A stretch of 32,000 nucleotides of DNA from the NCBI RefSeq assembly GCF_018398935.1, contig NZ_CP074694.1:2280001-2312000 (forward strand), given 5' to 3'. This DNA is from Telmatocola sphagniphila. Its GTDB lineage: Bacteria > Planctomycetota > Planctomycetia > Gemmatales > Gemmataceae. A model generated the notes under the pieces. The model had not been told where the DNA came from and did no database searches. It saw only the letters and a program-made list of their open reading frames with translations. Within the stretch, counting starts at the first letter, position 1; the number at the start of each line of letters is the position of its first letter. A program made the translations under genes and the position numbers. Positions 27,554 to 32,000 of this stretch are shown here, in pieces.

Positions 27554-28567
27554 TTAGGGTTTGGTTCCAACTGCAGGTTCTTCGACCATCTTGCGGGCGT
27601 CTTTCCAGAGGGTATCGAGAGCTTTGCTTGTTCCCTCAGACTCTTTCGAAACATCGATTGCCGAGATCTCGGTTATCAGCTTTTGAGCCGATGCTTTCAT
27701 CGTTTTGTCACCGACTTGAGAGACGTCTTTAAGGGCTTTTAAGGCATGATCCATGCGGTTCTTGGCAGCTTTATAGTCTTTGCCGTTATAGTCTTGAGTC
27801 CCCATCCAAATTCGCCGCATGGCCACGTCCATCGGATCAAAGATACTCGCATCAAAGAAGATGATGCCGTCTCCTACCCGACGTAATTCATCGGCGGCTT
27901 CTTTGTTTTTGTCCTTATCCAAATCTGCCTGTGCGATCTTCACCAATCGCGAAGTGTACGAAACCGACATATCGACTTCGTTAAAATCCAAGGATTCTTC
28001 GACAGCTTCAAGTTCAGCCTTAGCTTGGCTCGCCCCTTTTTCTTTGTCCTTGGTCAAAATCGTTTTCGCTTTCTTGGCGTGGTCTTTCGCCTTTCCCTCC
28101 GGCAGCACATCGTATATTTGATCGATGGAGGCAAGAATGGTTACGAGATCCTGGTGAATTTCTGAAGTATTTAGATAAGACAAATCGGTTTTGGTGACCC
28201 AGATGTGATCTATGACCTTAACAGTTGGCAAAAGCTCTTTGAGAATTTTCAAAAGAGTACTTGCTTGCTTCAATTCGCTTTTTGCATCAGGATTTTTTTT
28301 GCCTTCGATATCTTCCTGAGCTTTCGCGACGTGACCGAGAATTTTTAGCCCAAGTGAGGAGACTTTTGCCTGGTCTTGAGGCGAAAGCGTTTTGCCCGGC
28401 GCAAAATCCACTGACTCAAGGATGCGACTAATTCCTCCTTCTTTCTGATCGTCCTTGCTCTCCTTCGTCTGATTTACTGTTTCTTTCTGCGTGTCGCAGC
28501 CGAGAATAAAGGTGGGGATTGTTAGCGACCCAGCTAAAACACTCAGAATGAACTTTCGATTTTTCAC
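27554..28567 (-). CDS. YfdX-family-like lipoprotein
   Basis: GTG start with AAGGAA upstream. The signal plus lipobox reads MKNRKFILSVLAGSLTIPTFILGC. The helical repeats SLGLKILGHVAKAQEDIEGKKNPDAKSELKQASTLL and ...EAADELRRVGDGIIFFDASIF resemble YfdX as I recall it ([26 protein letters not shown]...; GAEDGIIVDSEALF). Confidence 0.65.
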   Translation of the reverse strand: MKNRKFILSVLAGSLTIPTFILGCDTQKETVNQTKESKDDQKEGGISRILESVDFAPGKTLSPQDQAKVSSLGLKILGHVAKAQEDIEGKKNPDAKSELKQASTLLKILKELLPTVKVIDHIWVTKTDLSYLNTSEIHQDLVTILASIDQIYDVLPEGKAKDHAKKAKTILTKDKEKGASQAKAELEAVEESLDFNEVDMSVSYTSRLVKIAQADLDKDKNKEAADELRRVGDGIIFFDASIFDPMDVAMRRIWMGTQDYNGKDYKAAKNRMDHALKALKDVSQVGDKTMKASAQKLITEISAIDVSKESEGTSKALDTLWKDARKMVEEPAVGTKP

Positions 28568-29216
28568 TTTTCTATTCCTTGAACACAGCGTGAAAGATCC
28601 AACCCGGACTATCTAAAATAAATAGTACCGCTGATCTCTCAGATGAAACGGATAAATTCACAAACAATCAAGATTGCGATTCATCGTTATTTCTCGACTT
28701 ACTGTCAACTTCGAGGTAACGTCGGATCGATCCAATCAGAATTCAGGTAGATATGAGTTTTTGGTCACCTCTTGAGACGGATTCGTTTTTCGACTAAACC
28801 CGAAGGTGATCTTGACTATATAAAACTCATCCGGTTTAGTTCGATTTACAGACCAGCTCAAAGCTCCGAGGTCATATCTACATGGGTAGTATCCGAGACG
28901 CACGCTCTAGACTGGACAGGAAAATCAGTGAAGTCTGTGGTGTAAATGGACAGGGAACACGTAAGGATAAAGGACCTAAATTAACATCCTGTAAATATCA
29001 ACATCGCAACTCCGTGATGTCAAAACTGTACATATATTTTTTGGTAGAGCTGGTATAAAATCTTGCAATTGCGAGATCTTGACAATATCAGTCATTTTAC
29101 CACAGGAAGGGTTCTTCCGTTTTTTGGTGCAATTCTGGGCTCTTTTGCGTTCGCGGATTTGGAAGCTACCGGTAATCTACAAAATAACCTTCGCCAAGTT
29201 CGAGAAAGAATATTTC

Positions 29217-29250
29217 AGACTTAAAATAAGTCTAAAATAAGTCTATAAGT
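29217..29250. repeat. AT-rich palindrome plus short tandem repeat
   Basis: AGACTTA-AAA-TAAGTCT forms a perfect 7-bp-arm palindrome at 29217-29233. The 11-bp unit AAAATAAGTCT occurs twice in tandem (29223-29233 and 29234-29244), followed by a partial copy ATAAGT. Confidence 0.8.
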
Positions 29251-29495
29251 ATCCGCGTACTGGAGCTTATAGGCAATTCGAGTTTCTTTGTTTACCGAGA
29301 AGTCTATCGTCGTTGTCCGCACTGCGGTCACTGGCAATCATTTTCGCCCTCTTCAAACGGCTTGATGGGAAACGACTTTCAAGTCGAATTGTCCGAGGAC
29401 AACTCGCCGAAGGGAAATACCCATTGATGATCCTAATCTGATCATTCTGTACGCCCGAGATCCGCAACAATTGAGAAGTTGGGTTATAAACGGAT

Positions 29496-30143
29496 TTAGG
29501 CGACAGCGATTTCGTTACAAACGGAATTCACACCTGGAGCATTCCAAGCAACAATTCCTGCCTGATCTTTCTCGGAATAGGAACTCACCTTTCCCGTCAG
29601 TGTGACTGTGGTACCACTGGTAGCCACTCGTACCTTTCCACCGTCAATTTCGGCATTACGCACGAAGGCTTTCTCGATAGAATCCTTTATGCCATTGGGC
29701 TCTACCAGGGCTTTGACAGTGATATCGTTCGAAACGCCTGTAACTCCTGGCATGAATCGAACTGAGTCCTTGGCTGCCGAACGTTGGTATTCCCAATTCA
29801 CACAACCCTGGAGTGTAATCCAACCTTGCGAAACCGTGGCTTGAATATCGTTGGGAACCCACACATGCCACTTAAGCGAATTCACCGCCGCCTCAGCGAT
29901 TTCCGTATCCGTTTTCGTGTGTTCGCCGAGCAGTTTAATCGTAACTTCTTGAGCAATCCCTCGGACTCCTTCCACCCGTTGAGCAGCTTTCTCGACAGCC
30001 CATTTTTCGGCAAATGAAGCCACCGTACCATTCAAAGTCACTATCCCGTTAGCGACTGCAACGCCTATCTGGGCGGCTTTGGCACTCGGTTCCCACTTGA
30101 TCTCATCCATGACGTCTTTTTGTAATTGCGCATCCGTTTTCAT
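29496..30143 (-). CDS. Triple BON-domain protein (OsmY-like)
   Basis: ATG at 30143 with GAGGA 7-8 nt upstream; the track's TTG at 30179 is less likely. There are three repeats of about 65 aa. They read DAQLQKDVMDEIKW...VANGIVTLNGTVASFAEKWAVEKAAQRVEGVRGI, then DTEIAEAAVNSLKW...QGWITLQGCV...VRFMPGVTGV, then IKDSIEKAFV...SGTTVTLTGKVSSYSEKDQAGIVAWNAPGVNSV. Confidence 0.85.
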   Translation of the reverse strand: MKTDAQLQKDVMDEIKWEPSAKAAQIGVAVANGIVTLNGTVASFAEKWAVEKAAQRVEGVRGIAQEVTIKLLGEHTKTDTEIAEAAVNSLKWHVWVPNDIQATVSQGWITLQGCVNWEYQRSAAKDSVRFMPGVTGVSNDITVKALVEPNGIKDSIEKAFVRNAEIDGGKVRVATSGTTVTLTGKVSSYSEKDQAGIVAWNAPGVNSVCNEIAVA

Positions 30144-30615
30144 CTGATTATCCTCGATCTGCTTAAGCCGACGATCCAACAGAGTAAATTCTGATTGGGT
30201 TGACCAGCTGCTATATCAGTATCTCAACTCTAAAAAGTGAATAGGACAGATCATCCGGCAGAGTATGAGGGGAAAACTCGCAAAGTGGGGTAAGGGAAGA
30301 ATGATGCGACCAATCCCAGACAGGAACAGGGCAGATCAAAAATAAGGTTTCCGATAGCTTGGAGTGATCTCTCCTGACTCGCTTTTGCTTTATCACCCGA
30401 CACCGGAATCGCTTCTTGCGACCGCACATTTGAATCAGCCCCAAGTTATCAGAATGTTGCGGGTCGGTAAAAAAAGGGATTTTCTCGAGCTTTAATTTGC
30501 TGCTTCGGACGCAGCCATTAAGATAGCCAGTGAGTAGCGGCCCGAAAAGCGGAACGTACCGCACTCAAGGAGAAATCATTCAACGAACGAACCCACCAAC
30601 GCCGCGACATTCGGA

Positions 30616-31656
30616 TTAGACATCGGTATTGTTGCTCGACCGTACTCCGCTCTTCACCTCCCTACCCTTCAATAAACAACACTGTTTATATTTCTTGCCG
30701 CTGCCACAGGGGCAGGGAGAATTCCGATCGTATTTCTGACGTCGAAGATTTGGCTCATTTAAAATTGAGCGAGTATCCTGATGGAACATTTCTCGAAGCA
30801 TGCCGTACAATTCCGGATCTTTCTTCTGCAAGAGCTCCGGCGATTTAAAGAAATACTCGGCCAGGACCGCTAAAAATTCCTGATCGTTCGTGTAGGCGTA
30901 ATCTTTGAAGTAGGCATGGTTTTTGGCGGGATGAGCAAGTTCTTTCGCCACGTATTGCACCCAATGCCGGACAGACTCCCAGGGAACTTCCGTCGGCAGG
31001 CCATGTTCGAGTTCTTCCTGTTCGATCAAATGGACGAATTCATGGATGCCGACATTGTCTGAGCCAATTGGATTATCGAAGCCGGCCAGGAGCGACGGTT
31101 TGGACAGGATCATCACTCCGCTAAGGTGTTTCAGGCCGACCATGCCGAGAATGTTCTCATCGGTATTTCCAGTCGTTTGATATTTCTCGTCGAACGATTC
31201 CGGATAGATCAGGACTTCACCCAGTCGATGATATTCCCAATCGTGGAACCCGAAAATGGGGATGATCGCACTCGCCGCCACCAGTAGCCGAACAGTGTCA
31301 TCAGCTTCGGTGCGAATACCCGTAATGCGGATTTCGTCGAGGAAAATTTTCACGAGTTGTCGGAAACGCACTTTTTCAGGGTCAGGCAGAGATTGAAAGA
31401 AGACCACGTGACCCTCTAGGATTTTTTCCCACTCTGCGGGAAATGGTCGTCCCATGATAGACAGACGGCGAAGACATCGTCGTCGAAGCAACCAGTAGCA
31501 GAGCGGGCATAGGATCAGAGTCATTAGAAAAGGTGGGAAAAACCGGCCAACCACTACGAAGAGGATTGCCATCAGCCCAACACTAACAAGGGCGCGATTC
31601 CGGTTGAGTCGGTTGGCTTCGGGGGTCACTAACATCGCTAGAATCTCCGGTGACAT
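30616..31656 (-). CDS. Membrane-anchored M90 (MtfA-like) zinc metallopeptidase with a C-terminal SEC-C motif
   Basis: 346-aa ORF. It has two N-terminal hydrophobic helices (ALVSVGLMAILFVVVG, PPFLMTLILCPLCYWLL). The MtfA-like core reads GEVLIYPESF...GMVGLKHLSGVMILSKPSL...NVGIHEFVHLIEQEE (HExxH). The C-terminus carries SPCPCGSGKKYKQCCL. Confidence 0.8.
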   Translation of the reverse strand: MSPEILAMLVTPEANRLNRNRALVSVGLMAILFVVVGRFFPPFLMTLILCPLCYWLLRRRCLRRLSIMGRPFPAEWEKILEGHVVFFQSLPDPEKVRFRQLVKIFLDEIRITGIRTEADDTVRLLVAASAIIPIFGFHDWEYHRLGEVLIYPESFDEKYQTTGNTDENILGMVGLKHLSGVMILSKPSLLAGFDNPIGSDNVGIHEFVHLIEQEELEHGLPTEVPWESVRHWVQYVAKELAHPAKNHAYFKDYAYTNDQEFLAVLAEYFFKSPELLQKKDPELYGMLREMFHQDTRSILNEPNLRRQKYDRNSPCPCGSGKKYKQCCLLKGREVKSGVRSSNNTDV

Positions 31657-31695
31657 CGCAAAACGATTCTGAGGATTCGTCCCGCGTACGGGCCG

Positions 31696-32000
31696 CTAAT
31701 TTTTCTTGGAGGCGTGGTATTCCCGACGAATGTGTTCCAGATCCACAGAAGGCTTGGGAAATTTCAAATCCAACTCTTCCAGGTGTTCCACAACAATTCG
31801 TGCGATCGCGAGGTTTCGGAACCACTTGTGATCGGAGGGGATAATAAACCAGGGGGCGTCGTGAGTACTGCATCGAGACAGGACATTCTCGTAGGCAGCG
31901 ATATAATCGCTCCAGAATTCTCGTTCTTTGTAATCGGCCTCGCTGATTTTCCATTGCTTCGCAGGAAGGTCGAGTCGCTCTTTGAAACGACTCAGTTGTT
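31696..32000 (-). CDS. ppk2: Polyphosphate kinase 2 (PPK2) family protein, C-terminal 100 codons; the 5' end lies beyond the window
   Basis: Not in the ORF track. The reverse strand reads QLSRFKERLDLPAKQWKISEADYKEREFWSDYIAAYENVLSRCSTHDAPWFIIPSDHKWFRNLAIARIVVEHLEELDLKFPKP...KKN*, with the stop at 31698-31696. This matches the PPK2 C-terminal pattern (W.fs..D..er..W..Y..ay...l..ts...APW.vipad.Kw..rla.....). The track ORF 31583-31954 is a different frame. Confidence 0.85.
   Translation of the reverse strand, partial: QLSRFKERLDLPAKQWKISEADYKEREFWSDYIAAYENVLSRCSTHDAPWFIIPSDHKWFRNLAIARIVVEHLEELDLKFPKPSVDLEHIRREYHASKKN

Noticed and set aside
27466-27654. Upstream extensions of several track ORFs: 27466-27654 (SPFH), 12484-12633 (anti-sigma), 21683-21868 (amidohydrolase), 15680-15796, 30144-30179.
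   Set aside because: The extensions overlap neighbouring genes or add non-signal residues ahead of obvious signal or TM N-termini. Internal ATGs have better context (start/stop overlap, SD-like purine runs).
29223-29250. Possible CRISPR or minisatellite.
   Set aside because: Only two and a half directly adjacent 11-bp units, with no spacers and no cas genes. It is a simple tandem duplication.
31583-31954. Track ORF of 123 aa (MENQRGRLQRTRILERLYR...).
   Set aside because: Wrong frame. The adjacent frame, open to the window edge, gives an unmistakable PPK2 C-terminus, and this ORF would also overlap the M90 peptidase start.

Overview
All calls come from reading the sequence and the supplied ORF track by eye. 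Family names are motif recognition, not database hits. Gene content looks planctomycete-like: ECF sigma factors paired with Ser/Thr kinases, zinc-ribbon membrane proteins, large secreted multidomain enzymes. This taxonomic guess is inference.

Layout, left to right:
- 1-1390: an ECF sigma (TIGR02999/ECF43-like) followed by a Ser/Thr kinase that runs off the left edge. The kinase is missing from the ORF track.
- About 2990-8640: an AT-richer gene-decay tract. It holds two transposase fragments, a Ser/Thr kinase gene split by an intact IS1380-family element, a frameshifted 2OG-Fe(II) oxygenase and an O-methyltransferase-like remnant.
- 8703-12998: a co-directional ECF sigma, membrane anti-sigma and 941-aa HtrA-like protease unit.
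- 13000-17800: an AT-rich stretch with a frameshifted small gene, a zinc-ribbon polytopic membrane protein, a membrane-anchored protein and about 1 kb of non-coding DNA.
- 17820-21667: a cytoplasmic PAS hybrid histidine kinase overlapping a REC-PP2C response regulator.
- 21869-25948: a GC-rich secreted protein of three tandem amidohydrolase modules, of which only the middle one keeps the HxH metal motif.
- 26533-32000: a minus-strand run of envelope or stress-type genes. These are an SPFH/stomatin-like protein, a YfdX-like lipoprotein, a triple-BON protein, an M90/MtfA-like peptidase with a SEC-C tail, and a PPK2 C-terminus. The PPK2 fragment is also missing from the ORF track.

I found no rRNA, convincing tRNA, CRISPR array, reverse transcriptase or recognisable defence system. 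The best candidates for something not yet described are the sigma/anti-sigma/protease unit, whose anti-sigma and protease share a C-terminal motif, and the triple amidohydrolase. Both need homology and structure searches that I cannot run.
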